Below, in pieces: positions 29,651-41,803 of a stretch of 64,000 nucleotides of DNA; the first letter of the stretch is position 1, and each line of letters starts with the position of its first letter. A program made the translations under genes and the position numbers. Location: the NCBI GenBank assembly GCA_051294375.1, contig CM119264.1:22841826-22905825 (forward strand), given 5' to 3'. Origin of the DNA: Paraspadella gotoi. Lineage: Eukaryota; Animalia; Chaetognatha. Below the pieces are notes generated by a model. That model was not told the DNA's origin, made no database searches, and saw only the letters and a program-made list of their open reading frames with translations.

Positions 29651-30696
29651 AAAAATTTAAAAAAAAATTTTTGTTTCTTATGCACTGTCTCTCCATAGTG
29701 AAAATAAGTATTTAAATAAGCATTCTACTAGTGCATGTGATGACATTAAAGTAAAGATGAAATAATTATAAACTGCAAGGATAAATAAGAACCGATTGCA
29801 ATGAAAGCTGCTGAATTTGGATTTAATTGTGAAACGAATCGGTTAATACATTTTTGTGTCCCTCGCGAACAATATACATTGAATTAGGGGTAATTGTCAG
29901 TTTTTGTTTTAAAAAAAAATTAATTTCTGGAAGAATAAAAAAATGAGAATATCGGAACAAATTACGATTCAAACGAAATTGGGCAGATTGAAATGAACTG
30001 TAAATGAACTATAAAATGTAAAATAAGGTATAAGGTAAGGTAAAATAATGTATAAAAGGTAAATCAGAGAAAAAAAATACTGGAAATGCTTGATCAACAA
30101 TCTACATGGAAAACAATGCATTCCAAGTTTTCTTCCAATTTGACAAATTTAACGGTTTAGTTATTTTCTTTTTTTTTTCTTGTGAAAAATTATAATTTTT
30201 TGGGGTTTTTGTTTATTTCATCTGGAAAAATATTTTAATCCTTTTGACGAAAAGAAATTCAAGACTGAGATGAAAATCGTTGACGAAAAAAAAAAGTGTT
30301 TCGAGGTAAAAATGGAACGAAATTACGTAGATTAAAAAAAAAAAAACTTCACAATTCCGATCATAAACCGACTTAAAAATATATATATATATATTTTGTA
30401 AATCACATCGACGATTTGATTATTTTAAATTTATTGTGGGTTATCTTCCACGAAATAAGTTCAGATACAATCAGGTCCTAATTAAGTTGTGGTTCAAATC
30501 AAATGGAAAAGCGACGTTTACAGAGATTCGCTCGGACTACGAAAGAAGCGCGCGGCGTTGATGCGAAGAAAAAGGAGAAACCAACTTCCGGAAACTTTGT
30601 TCTATGGTAGGTCGGTCGTGCTCGACGTCGTCGTCGTCGTCACATTTTCATTTAAAAAGTTGTTAAATTCGTGGTCGTCGCGGTCGCCTCAGCTTC

Positions 30697-30728
<32 letters not shown>

Positions 30729-30815
30729 TAAATTTGTCGGCCAGGCGGAAGGTCAGTCGGTTTATCAAAATAAAATAATACGACGAATTAAAATATCAAA
30801 TAGTACCATGTTTAG

Positions 30816-31424
30816 TAAGGCGTAGTGAAAGTTACATACGGAAATTCTAAAACTCAATTATGAACAACATACCATCAGTGAACATTAATTTGTAAAAAAA
30901 ATTAATTTTATGTTTTTTAATTTTCGCAGTAGACTATATTTATATATAGTACTATCCTTATAAAATCAAAATTTTCAAAATAGGCTTTTCTTAATTTTGA
31001 TTGCAGATTTAAATTCCTCGTCAAAAGTTGATATAAGAAAATATAAATCATTTTTAAAAATTCTTTTATTAAGTGGGTTAAAAATTAAAAAAACTATATT
31101 TAATATATAAAAAGTTAATTTTAACTTAAAATATAGCTTTTTTTAATTTTTGACCCACTTAATGAAGGAATTTTTTAAAAAGAGTTATATTTCTTTTTGT
31201 CAACTTTTTATGACGAATCTAAATCTGCAAAAAAATCTTAAAAAACACTGTTTTGAAATTTTAACATTTATTGGTTGAGTACTAGTATAAATATGGCTTA
31301 CTGCGTAAATTGTAAAATTTATTATGAATTTTTTTATTACATAAATGTTCATTAGTATAATGTTGTTCGTTCCTCACTTTAGAATTTTAATTAAAGGTAG
31401 ATTTAGAAATTTTACTACGCCTTA
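30816..31424. mobile_element. hAT-type palindromic MITE
   Basis: TIR TAAGGCGTAGT / ACTACGCCTTA with a perfect 8-bp TSD ATGTTTAG (30808-30815 and 31425-31432). The interior is a long imperfect inverted repeat centred near 31115. Confidence 0.85.
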
Positions 31425-32555
31425 ATGTTTAGTAATTGCTTATTTAATGATGCTGACGACGAAGATGATGATAAGAACGATGCCGAAAAATAATCATGAC
31501 GAAGACGACAATGACGACGACGACGAAGAGAACGAAGACGACAACAAAGAGGAAGATAACTAAGGAGAACAACAACAACAACAACGATAACGTCTCGGCG
31601 TTCAAATTCATTCCCGATGTTTATCTCTTGTTTCGGTTCCGCAGTCGATTTTCGGGTGAAATACGGGACTTTAACCAGACCGGAATCCGGAGGCCAGAGA
31701 ATGGCCGGGAACAGGCCAAGAGAATCCGAGGAGAGGCCAAGAGAGGCCGCGAGGAGACCCAAAGAGGCTAGAGAGAGGCTAGAAAAAAAAAGCTCTTAGG
31801 AGAGGCTAGAGAAAAAGAGGCCAAAATTTGAGAACGAAGAAGCCAAAAGCTATAAAAAGAGCAAAAAAGAAAAAAAGAAGCCAATATCTTAGAAGCAGCC
31901 CAGCCACAAAAGAGATGAAAGAAAAAATCTAATAATATTGTGATGAAGGAGGCTATAGTTTAGTATAACAATAAAGTATAAATAAGTAGTTACTAGTCTC
32001 TAGTAGTTACTAGCCTAGGGACTCGGAAAAGAACAAGAATAAAATTAAGTTTAACAAAGTTAACAAAGTTAACAAAGTTAACAAAGTTACTAGTTACTAA
32101 CAATAAGGTATAAATAAGTAGTTACTAGTCTCTAGTAGTTACTAGCCTAGGGACTCGGAAAAGAACAAGAATAAAATCAAGTTTAACAAAGTTATTTTTA
32201 AATTATATTTTTTAAATCATACTACATATACAATTTGCAATTTTGATGTATTTTGTAAAAAAATAAGAATGCAACACGTTTTAAATAAAATAGTTTGGAG
32301 AAACGGCCAACAGGTGACCCTATGACAACTAAGAAATTCAAGTGACAGAGTGCTGTTGGTCCCCAGCCTTAGTGCGCACATTGTGTATGGGAGATTTTTC
32401 CAACTGTTACTTTGCAATCGGAAACTTAGGATCCGGCAGAAGTCTTGCCTCCGGTGACTTAATCGGCGCCAGCACATGGCACTATTACTGTGCTGATGTC
32501 GGGAATCAGCCAGATAAAAAGGGTAACGATCTTTCATCAGTAGGAGATTAAGTGG

Positions 32556-35500
32556 TTACCACTGACGACAGTTTTCCTTGTTTCGCCGAAAGAGCGCGAT
32601 GGCGAATGACATGATGATGACGGATAACAATTCCATAGCAGAGAGAAAGTAAAACGCATCCCGATATGAATCTGATTGGAGAAGAGGTTTAAAAAAAAAA
32701 ATCAATTAATTTATTTTTGATTTTGTAATAATTTTAGAACCAAATTTTAGTTTTTATTTTGTCCACAGAGTTCGGACTTGAATCTTATCCCCCTAATTGA
32801 TCCTCCCCCACGCAAAATTGTTTTACAAAATTGTTTTATTTTTTATAGCAGAAGAATTGTTAAGGATTTTTCTATCTTTTGGATTGTATTTAGTTTTTCT
32901 ATGTCGAAAAACATTAGTATGGGAAACAACCGAAAACCAGTAGTTATGTTTGCTATAATTTCTATTAATTTTGATCTAAGGACATTATGCCCATGTCATG
33001 CAGTATCTAAATTCAATATGATGCTCGACTGTACTTGTAACCAAAATTATGTCACTCTCGCCCCATTATTTAATATAGAGTGGTACCAAGAATATAAAGA
33101 CTTTTTAATATTGGCTACACATCTTTGGAAGGGTTCTAAGAAAGGTATACATGATAAATTAGATGCTAAAATAAGCTAAACATAAAGTAAAATGACCAAT
33201 CAAATAATTGATAAAACGAAATTTTTGAGATATATCATTAAGTACAAATGATCGAGGTAATTAAAATTTTTTTCTATGGGGGTAAGTTGTAAGTCCGAAA
33301 ACTGTTCAAGTATTATGTGAGCTCAATGAGTCGCTCTCCAAAGTCTTAACTGACTTTTTGATGTATTTAATATGCAATCAAAGTTTGGTAATAGTAAGTA
33401 TACTAAACAAGGCCTATTTTGGATAAGCTTGTTAAAATTTTTTTTTTTTTAATTTCAAATCTCTGCAAGTTTTAACCTTTGGTATCCAGATGAAGTCCTA
33501 CGAGAGGCGGGAGAGCAATGGCTGCAATCCCTCCGCTAAACTGCAGCAACCCAATTGTTTTGTGAAATGATTTGGTTCCAAAAATGTCGCCGGGAACCGA
33601 GAAAAACAAAGGCTGAAACGCCCCAGATAGTATGCCTGAGGGAAGTAAGAAAATCTCAATAACTTTAATTTTTTAATAACTTTACATAAATTTTTAAATG
33701 AAATTGCTTTCGAAAAATCATATGTACATGCTCAAATTAACTCGTCATCTGAAAAAGATGCAATAAATTTTGCTTTAAATCTTTAAAAAAAAAAATCTAA
33801 CCTACAAAGCTGATGACGATAAGAATGTCCGTGAGGTTTTTGGTCAACGACAATACGGCGAGCGCGCCAGAAATACAGCAGGAAAAGAGGAGTAACAAGA
33901 TTGGCCCGCCCTCCTCGAATAAATGAAAGACTCCTATCAGGCCCATCCCTAGACAGCCGACAACCTCAAAGGCGGAAAAGACTGTCTGGATGAGCGCGAG
34001 GTCCAAAGAACTGGCGCCGTTATCGTGCCTGGCGAAGGGGCTCAGGTAGACCTGAATGGAGTTGTCCACAGCGCTGGAATGGTTTTTTGTTTTGTTTTGA
34101 GTTTTATGGCATAAAGATAAATAGGAGGTATAAATAATGATTAATGAGTGTATGGCAACGGAGGGACATGTGTGATGCGTGGGGTGTGAGGCATCTCCGG
34201 ACAGCTGGCGCTCAGGGCTTTGGACCTGCAGTGACCACCCCATGTCACTGGCGTGTTTATGCCGACACCATCACACTTAACCAGCGCGACCATGAGGGGA
34301 TTGAACCCGGAACTCATGGTTGGTGAACGAGTACTTAGCTGCCCAAGCCAATGGGACGAGCTGAGTTTCACCAAGCTATACGGGAGGCGAATTTAGGATT
34401 CGCCACAAGTGATTAAATTTAAAGTGTAATTGAATTATGGAAGAGAGTAAGCAAATGACAGAAGGAACGAGAAATAAATAAACAAATATTCTTACTTTAT
34501 TAAAGTGTGCGCTGTGAGATATAATAAGAAGACGCGATTTTTTAGGATAGAAAAGTCGAATATTTTCGTCAGACAACTTCTTTTACAAAATGGTATCGTT
34601 TTCTAGAAGAAAAATATTAAATTAAATTTGTAGTGTTATTAGTTTAAGCATATTATGAACAAAGACGAGTCGACTGTCTTGTTTTACCGACCAAAATTTT
34701 AGCGTTGGTTGCAGTTGCATCAGCAATTTCCATGGCTGAAGTTTTGCGGGACTTTTCTATCTTCGGATCTTCTTTTTCCACTTCGAGATCTTTCTCCTCT
34801 TTCTCTTTATAATCTTCTTTTCTCTCTTTGATTTCTATCCTCTCTTCTTTCTTCCCCACAACCTCTCTCGGTCGTCCCATCCAACCGAGGGCGACGATGT
34901 TAAAACCAAATCCTCCGAGGATAAGAAAGGCGCCTCGCCAGGCGAACTGATCCTTCAGCCAGGTGATGACAAAGGCCAGGCATGTTTTGCCCGCGATTCC
35001 GGCGAGAAACATCAAAGTGATGCACATGTGACGATGCTTTTCTTCAACCTAAGAAAGAACAAAAAATCTTTATAGTAAGTAAGTAACACAGAAACTTTAT
35101 ACTTATAGTAAGTAAGCAACACACTATGGTGGACTAAAATCCACCAACCGTTCATCAGCGGCCATTGGTGCCGGAGGCAAGTCATTCACCTCCCAACCCA
35201 AAGGTCCGGGGTTCTAGCCCGGTGGTCGCCTGGCAGTTAACAGGGACGGGGCGCTTAACCAGCCTGTAACTCGGTGTTACAGCCTGATCCGAAGCTCAGG
35301 GACTGCTTATATTGAACGGTTCTATCACTAACACATAATAATAATTACTGTCTCTTCAACACAAACTAACGAACAACCTCCCAACCGGTTACCCTTTGGG
35401 AAATGATGATTGCGCCAGTCAAAATAATTAATGACGCGCAGGAGAAAGGGAGAACGCCGCCCAGGAATATCAGCGCCGTCATAGACTTGGCCAAAGACGC

Positions 35501-35652
35501 CGCGACTAAACCGACGCCGAAAACGACACCGCCGACGATCGCCGCTGCCCAAGTAGGAAAACCGGCGTTGTAGGCGAATGTGGAGAAAATCGCCAGGATC
35601 GGGCCAAGGCCGCCGGCGACGCTGTGAACCACGGAAACGGCGCTGGACGATT
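32556..35652 (-). CDS. Divergent monocarboxylate transporter (SLC16/MCT-like MFS), paralog B; exons 35652-35393, 35048-34692, 34602-34496, 34073-33802, 33635-33477, 32671-32556; exon 1 not found in the expected orientation
   Basis: GT-AG junctions with compatible phases. MCT-type segments WLKDQFAWRGAFLILGGFGFNIVALGWMGRP, IFDFSILKNRVF and DIFGTKSFHKTIG..ALPPLVG..D..DSYRDAFY. Exon-by-exon similarity to paralog A, including an identical 260-nt second exon. Confidence 0.85.
32766..33304. mobile_element. Probable MITE in the last intron of MCT paralog B
   Basis: Imperfect ~27-bp TIR: CAGAGTTCGGACTTGAATCTTATCCCC versus reverse complement CAGTTTTCGGACTTACAACTTACCCC. No clear TSD. Confidence 0.45.
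34151..34407 (-). mobile_element. Solo LTR of twister/tRNA-like retroelement, family B
   Basis: Perfect 4-bp TSD AGTG (34147-34150, 34408-34411). Ends TGTGGC...GCCATA, 5' hairpin GGCGAAT-cctaa-ATTCGCC, A-box-like TGGCTTGGGCAG, B box GGTTCAATCCC, and a twister motif. Confidence 0.8.
34204..34285 (-). ncRNA. Twister ribozyme, type P5 (predicted cleavage U^A between 34259 and 34258)
   Basis: Minus strand: GCTGGT-t-AA-GTGT-GA-TGG-TGT.cg.GCA-TAA-ACAC-GCC-AGTGAC..GTCACT-G-CAGG-TCCAAAGC-CCTG-agc-GCCAGC. Stems P1-P5 and the pseudoknot CCA/TGG are all intact. Confidence 0.85.
35125..35358 (+). mobile_element. Solo LTR of twister/tRNA-like retroelement, family A
   Basis: Perfect 4-bp TSD ACAC (35121-35124, 35359-35362). 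Ends TATGG...TCTTCA, 5' hairpin GGTGGA-ctaaaa-TCCACC, tRNA-like block GCGGCCA..CTCCCAA..GGTTCTAGCCCGG-TGGTCGC. Near-identical to the LTRs at 52222 and 52640. Confidence 0.85.
35233..35306 (+). ncRNA. Twister ribozyme, type P5 (predicted cleavage 35256/35257)
   Basis: GCAGTT-AA-cAGG-GA-CGG-GGCGCT-TAA-CCA-GCC-TGTAAC-tcggt-GTTACA-G-CCTGA-TCCGAAGC-TCAGG-GACTGC, with pseudoknot CCG/CGG. P2 is short (2 bp). Confidence 0.7.
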
Positions 35653-35871
35653 CTTATTCACGAAATAAAGTGTATGAAGTATAAACAATAAAAAGTTACT
35701 TATTATAGTTTTTAAAAATGAAAATAATTTATTTATTTACAAAAATATGTTAAACAACTTTAAAAGTTTACTTCTCTGTCGCACATTAATTTTTTTGAAC
35801 AAGATTAAATTTTTAAATTAAATTTCTTAATTAAATTTCTTAATACTTTATTGTTTCTTAAGAATAAGATG

Positions 35872-38660
35872 TAAGCAATTTTTCAAAGTAAATAATCCTA
35901 AACCTCTTAAAATTGGGTCTAAAATATTTGTTTTTAAAAAACTTGCATGCTCTAATAATATTTTGAAATTTTTTTTAAAATTTTGCAACTTGTACCAGAG
36001 AGGTTTGTAAACTTCTGTACGAAATATTGTACTATTAAAAAAATTTTCTTTTACCATTTTTCAGTGCTGATTATTTTGATGGGGTCATTTTCAATGATGC
36101 ATAACTTCCTTATTTGGGAATATATATGGTTTTTAAATTTTATAATAAGTGGGCCTTGGGAGTCCTGCATGCATATAAATTTCAGTCATTTAAAAAAACT
36201 TTGGCACAGGCCAAAATTTTTTTACAAAATTCAATTGTCAATCCTGCTTCTAAAAAATATTAATGCAAATATTGTTATTCTTTGCTAAAATCAGTTAAAA
36301 CATATTCAAAATAACCCTAAAGCCAAAAATTTTTTTTCAATTTTTAAAAACTCATTTGCATATTGTTGCTTTATCAATTTTCATTTTTTACCTAAAGTAA
36401 TCCATTTTTTAATAATTTTTGGTTTGACGATAGTATATCATAAACCTTTTACAAATTATACATCAAACCTAATTTTAATAAATTTTAAATATTTTTAATA
36501 TTTTTTAATATTATTAAAATTATAATTTAATCAAAGCATTCTGCTAACTTTTTCAATGTGGCTCATTGAGAAAGAGTGACAACTCGAGGATTCTAAGAAT
36601 ATAATTTTTTTACAATTAAATGTCCCAAAGCTGAATAATTCTTTTTCAAATTGGTCAAAAATTTTTTTTAAAAAAAACCACTACTTTTTAAACCTTTATT
36701 AAAAAGCCGGCTATGATAGCTTTGCTTTAAAATATTGGCAATTAGGTCAAGAATTGTTCATATTTTTGGTATGACATTCCAGGAATAAAGAAGTATTATT
36801 AGTAGATTCCTCAATCGATTTTTAAATTTGGCAGAACATTTTACTTTTTTTACCAAGTTTTTAGAGTACGCTAAATGGTTTCTCTTGATTACACAAAAAT
36901 AGGAAATTGAAATAAGAAATTTTTATACCAATAGTTTGGTGTTATGTTTGATAATAGAAGAAAAAGACCTCGTTTAAAAAATTTGACTGGAACAGGGTAA
37001 CTAAGACTTACCAATGGCATCGTCCATGCCAATCGTTCTTTCAAATAATTTTTTTTATTTAATACATTTGAAAGGGAAAAAAAAGAAAAAAGTCGGAATG
37101 CTGGTTGCATGAAAGGTACAGATAATCTGGACATCGTTGATTGATAATCATGACCTTTATTGTCTTGGGTAATGGGGCAATAAATTAAAACCCAAAAATT
37201 CAATCATTAAGTCAGTCAATCAACCTTTTCAAAATAAGGCTGTTCGCGAAATTTTTTTCGTTCACTAAAAAGATTTTTTTCTTCCCTAAAAAATTTCGCC
37301 AGAACACACCTATTTGAAAAGGGGTTTGATTGATTGATTAATGATAAAATTTTTTAGGTATTTAACTGCCCCCATACCAAGACATAAAAGTCATGATTGT
37401 CAAATCACCAATGTCCAGATTATTTGTACCTTTCATGCCACTTACATCCGAATTTTTCTTTTTTTTTCCCTTTCAAATGTATTTAAATGGAAAAAAATTA
37501 TTTGAAAGAACGATTGCTTGAGACGATCCTAATGGTAAGCCTTAGTTACCCCTGTTTCCAGATAAAATTTTTAAACGAGATTTTTTTTCCCATTTATTTG
37601 AAAAACAACCCCAACTATTGGTACTATAATTTCTTATTTCTCAAATTTATTTTGTGTAATCGGAAAACGTTCAGCGACTGTAAAAAAAAAAAATTTTTTG
37701 GTAAAAAAGAGTAAAATTTCTGCCAATTTAAAATCGATGGAGGAATCTACTATAATATCTTTATTCCCTGACATGTCACTACACAAAATTGAACAATTCT
37801 TGACCTAATTGCCAAGTATGAAACAAGCTATCATAGCCGATTTTTTATAAAGGTTTAAAAGTAGTGTTTTTTTAATTTTGACACTTGAAAAGAATTTTAT
37901 CTCAGCTTTGGGACATTAAATTTGGCTTAAAAAATTATTATATTTAGAATCTCGAGTGCCCCTCTTTTCAATGATGCCACATTGAAAAAGTTAGCCAGAA
38001 TGCTTATTAAATTATAATTTTTAATTAATATTTAAAAATATTAAAAATATTTAAATTTATTAAAAATTAGGTTGTGGCATATTGTAAAGGTTTGATGATA
38101 CTACTATCGTCAAACCAAAAATTTAAAAAGGATTTACTTTTAGGTTAAAAAAATTGAAAAATTGATAAAAGCAACAATTATGCAAATAGTTTTTAAAATG
38201 TTGAAGAAAAATTTTTGCTTTAGGGTTATTTTGGAATATGTTTTAACTGATTCTATAGCAAGAATAACCAATATTTGCATTAATATTTTTTAGCAGGATT
38301 GACAATTGAATTTTGTTAAAAATTTGGCCTTGTGCCAAAAGTTTTTTAAATGATGAAATTTATATGCAATGCGACTACCCAAGCCCACGTTATTACATAA
38401 AATTTTTAAAACCATAATATTCACAAATAAGAGTTTTATGCATCATTAAAAAAATGACCATCAAAAATATCTAGCACTGATAAAAATGGTAAAAAATTTT
38501 TTATAGAACAATATTTCTACAGAAGTTTACAAACCCTCTTGAGTACAAGTTAGCAAAATTTAAGAAAAAATTTCAAAATCATATTAGAACTATTGCAAGT
38601 TTTTAAACAAATATTTTGACCAATTTTTAAGAGGTTAGGATATTTATTGAAAAATTGCTA
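35872..38660. repeat. Long inverted repeat / foldback (two ~1.37-kb AT-rich arms, centre ~37240-37310)
   Basis: Arms are reverse complements, e.g. AGCAATTTTTCAA at 35874 versus TTGAAAAATTGCT at 38648, and TTGACGATAGTA versus TACTATCGTCAAA. There are many indels between arms. Related sequence occurs at ~44160-44470. Confidence 0.85.
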
Positions 38661-38984
38661 AAATGGCACATAGCAGACATCCAGACGCCAACTTCCTATA
38701 AAATCTAAAGCCATTTATCCTATAATGGAAAAGTTATTACATGTTACAGACTTACGACATTCTTAGGTTTCCCGGTACTGTATTGTTAACAATGTAAATA
38801 TGTACGATGTGCAGAGAAACAAATCCACTAAAGGTTTTTTCTACGGTCCGGCCAAATTTGACTATAATGTAGTAATTACACAAGTCCTCCCGTCAAAAAA
38901 TGATAGATCTAATTGCTAAAGAAAAGATTTTCAAAGAAAAAAAACGGTTCCCGAGCAAAATTTATTTATTATTTGAATTAAAAA

Positions 38985-39170
38985 ATGAATAATCAACTTC
39001 TCTCATCGACTATAGAAACGAAATGGGGAATTCGAGTGAAAACCTTCGTCAAGTCACGTGAGCTTTCGATTGGCTCTTGTCATTCCGGAAATTTCTTCAT
39101 CGTTCCCGGATTAAATCTCAAATTGGGCTCCTTTTTTTTCTCGACTGGCAAAATGAGGGATGTGTGAACG
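38985..39170 (+). pseudogene. MCT first-exon homolog in inverted orientation, frameshifted as assembled
   Basis: Frames combine to TFVKSRE.RLAL..GNFFIV.GLNL.LG.FFLDWQNE, similar to paralog A exon 1 SFVKSPDFRLALCLAANVFIFHGFNLNLALFFLDWKTE. It lies on + whereas both MCT genes are on -. Confidence 0.65.
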
Positions 39171-39333
39171 GTGAATCGGGGTTTTACCAAACCCTTTTTC
39201 CGCGATCTGAAATATTTGATTATATTTTTCANNNNNNNNNNNNNNNNNNNNNNNNNTCCGGGCGAACAATTTTGGTGAGAATTCAATAGAAAACTATAAT
39301 AAGGTATTCCTTTCGTTTCGTTGTGTTTTGGTG

Positions 39334-39418
39334 TTTTAGCGAAAACAAAGTTTAGAGTTTGTACTACAACGATAAAAAATCGCTGTAGTACAAACTCTAA
39401 ACTTTGTTTTCGCTAAAA
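39334..39418. repeat. Perfect 35-bp-arm hairpin/palindrome
   Basis: TTTTAGCGAAAACAAAGTTTAGAGTTTGTACTACA - acgataaaaaatcgc - TGTAGTACAAACTCTAAACTTTGTTTTCGCTAAAA. Confidence 0.9.
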
Positions 39419-39794
39419 TAGAAAACTAAAACTCGGAAATCGAGGCGTAAGAAAGAAGAGGCGAGCCTAACATCTTTTGCAATTACTATTAATATATTTT
39501 TCCTTTCTTCACTCTTAGTTTAAAGTTAGTTGTACGTATGTATGTTTCCATTTTAATAATATTTTGATTTTACTTGGCATTTTTTTAGAATATTAAATAT
39601 TTTAACTTGAGGCGACGAACAGATGAGATGAGATCAGATGAGCTTCTACAAACTGTTTTAAGTCATGACGAATAATTGTTGGCTAATCTCTTGTTTCATG
39701 AATTTCAGTATTGTAATTTTAAATGGTGACAATTGAAAAAAACAAAGTAAAGGTCCGAGTAAAAAGTTACATTAATTAGGTAATAAACAAAAAT

Positions 39795-41736
39795 CTATTT
39801 AAATTTCTTCACCATCTCCGGCAGTTTTCTTTGTTTCGTCGAAAGAGGGCGACGGCGAAACAAAAGAGAAGCGATGAGAAAAATCCGAGAGCGGCGAGGA
39901 AGTAAAAGGCGTCTCGATACGAATCTGTTTGATATAATTTTATTGATAAATATTTATATACGATCTCTTTATTTTAAGATTAGGAATTACGGAGAGTCAG
40001 ACCAAAAATTGTAGAGACCGAACCCCGCTATTTCTCACCTCTTTTGTCAAGATGAATTCCGATGAGGGGAGGAAGAGCGATGGACAAGATTCCGCCGCTG
40101 AACTGAAGAAACCCGATTGACTGTTGAAGACAATTCGTCCCAAAGATGTCGCCAGGAACAGAGAAAAACAAAGAGCGAAATGCGCCGGAAAAAAGCCCTG
40201 ATGAAGAAGGAAGAGTTACACTATCGTCAGTGTCGATTCGTCACGCTATCCAGTTGTATTTGTTACAATTAACTTACTATTTTGACTTAATTTACTAATA
40301 CTACCCCTTCAGTTATAATCAAACGTTTACCAACGAAGCTGATGACCGCCAGCATGCCCACAAGCTGCTTGGTCGCGGACAAGGAGACCGCTGCTCCAGA
40401 CAAGCCGCAGGCCACTAGAATCAGCAGAATCGGCCTCTCTTCCGCTAATCGAGGGTGAGTTCCAATCAGGCCCGTTGCCAGGCAACCGATCGCTTCGCAA
40501 GCGGAGTAAACCGACTGCAGCGAGGCCACTCGAATCGCCCGTTGCTCGTGCTCGGCGAAGCGATTAGGAAGACGGGGATGGATTTGTAGACGGCGCTGGA
40601 AAGATCGAGGGGGGGGGGTGATGAGGGGGGGAGTGGGTGACGTCGTGAGAAAAGAGTTGTCAACTCAAAATGTCCCGACAAGGTTCAAACTTCAAATTGT
40701 GTTCATTTAAAAAGAAAATCAAAGTATGGATATCTCGATCTTCATTTTACAATCTTTGACTTACAGTAAACAACAGTGAGCCACCATATAAATTTGATAT
40801 ACTCGGTTTTTGAAGATTGAAAAGTCAAAAACTGCGTTGCATCGAAGCTTTGAAAAAGGGGCCAAGTTTTTTTTAGAGGGAGAGTTCGTTTTTGATCTTT
40901 GAATGTCCGACGACGTTTCTGCGGCAACAGCTTCGACTGTTGCATTCCGAGCTGTTGGAAGGGATCCATGCTTATCACTTTGAGAAATTTCTTTCACTGC
41001 GTCATGATCCTTTTTCGAGTTCTTTTCTTTATTTTTTTTCACTTTTTTATTATCATTTGTCTGTTGTTGTCTTCTTTCTTCATTCTCTCTTTTCTCCGTT
41101 TCTCGTTCTCCTTTTTCTTCCTCTTCCTCCTTCCTCTTCCCCGTCTCCATCCTCGGTCTGCACATCCAACTCAGGGCGACGATGTTGAGCCCGAAGCCTC
41201 CGAGGATGAGGAAGGCGCCTCGCCAGGCGAACTCCTCTCTCAACCAGGTGACGGCGAAGGCCAGGCAGATTTTTCCCGCGAATCCGCCGAAGAGGAGCAG
41301 AGTCGTGCAGATGTGACGATAAGTCAGATGAACCTGAGGAGTGAAAATAGGAGACAAAATATAAAGAGTTGTGTAAACAAATGGGGAAAAAATAGATAGA
41401 GAAAGAATGAGATTTATAATTATAAAGTAGCCAGTTACTGTACTAAATAAAAAAGTAAAAAGTATTCCAAGATACATTCGGGATTAATTGAGGTGGATGA
41501 TAACTTTGAAGCTTTTCGTTTGAATAGAGTATAATTTCAGAAAAAGAAGGAAAGTTATCTCTATTGCCCATTGGGTCTAAAACTAATTTTTTCAATTTCG
41601 CATCCTTCATTTTTTAAAAATTATTTCACACCTCAACCGGTTTGAGTAAAGGTAAAATTAACATTTAAAGATCTAGTGGGAACAAGACTGCAGAAATTTA
41701 TGTATGTACTGTATTTAAAGGATTTTTGATTTGGTT

Positions 41737-41803
<67 letters not shown>

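Noticed and set aside
32440-32515. TAA-TCGGC-GCC-stem resembling another twister
   Set aside because: It lacks the UCNNAAGC loop, P4 and the GA-NNN pseudoknot partner.
35125-35358. Simple tRNA-derived SINE or functional tRNA gene
   Set aside because: The tRNA-like part is internal and degenerate, there is no poly(A) or repeat tail, the TSD length is a fixed 4 bp, and the same unit forms paired LTRs with a PBS and PPT at 52222-52874.
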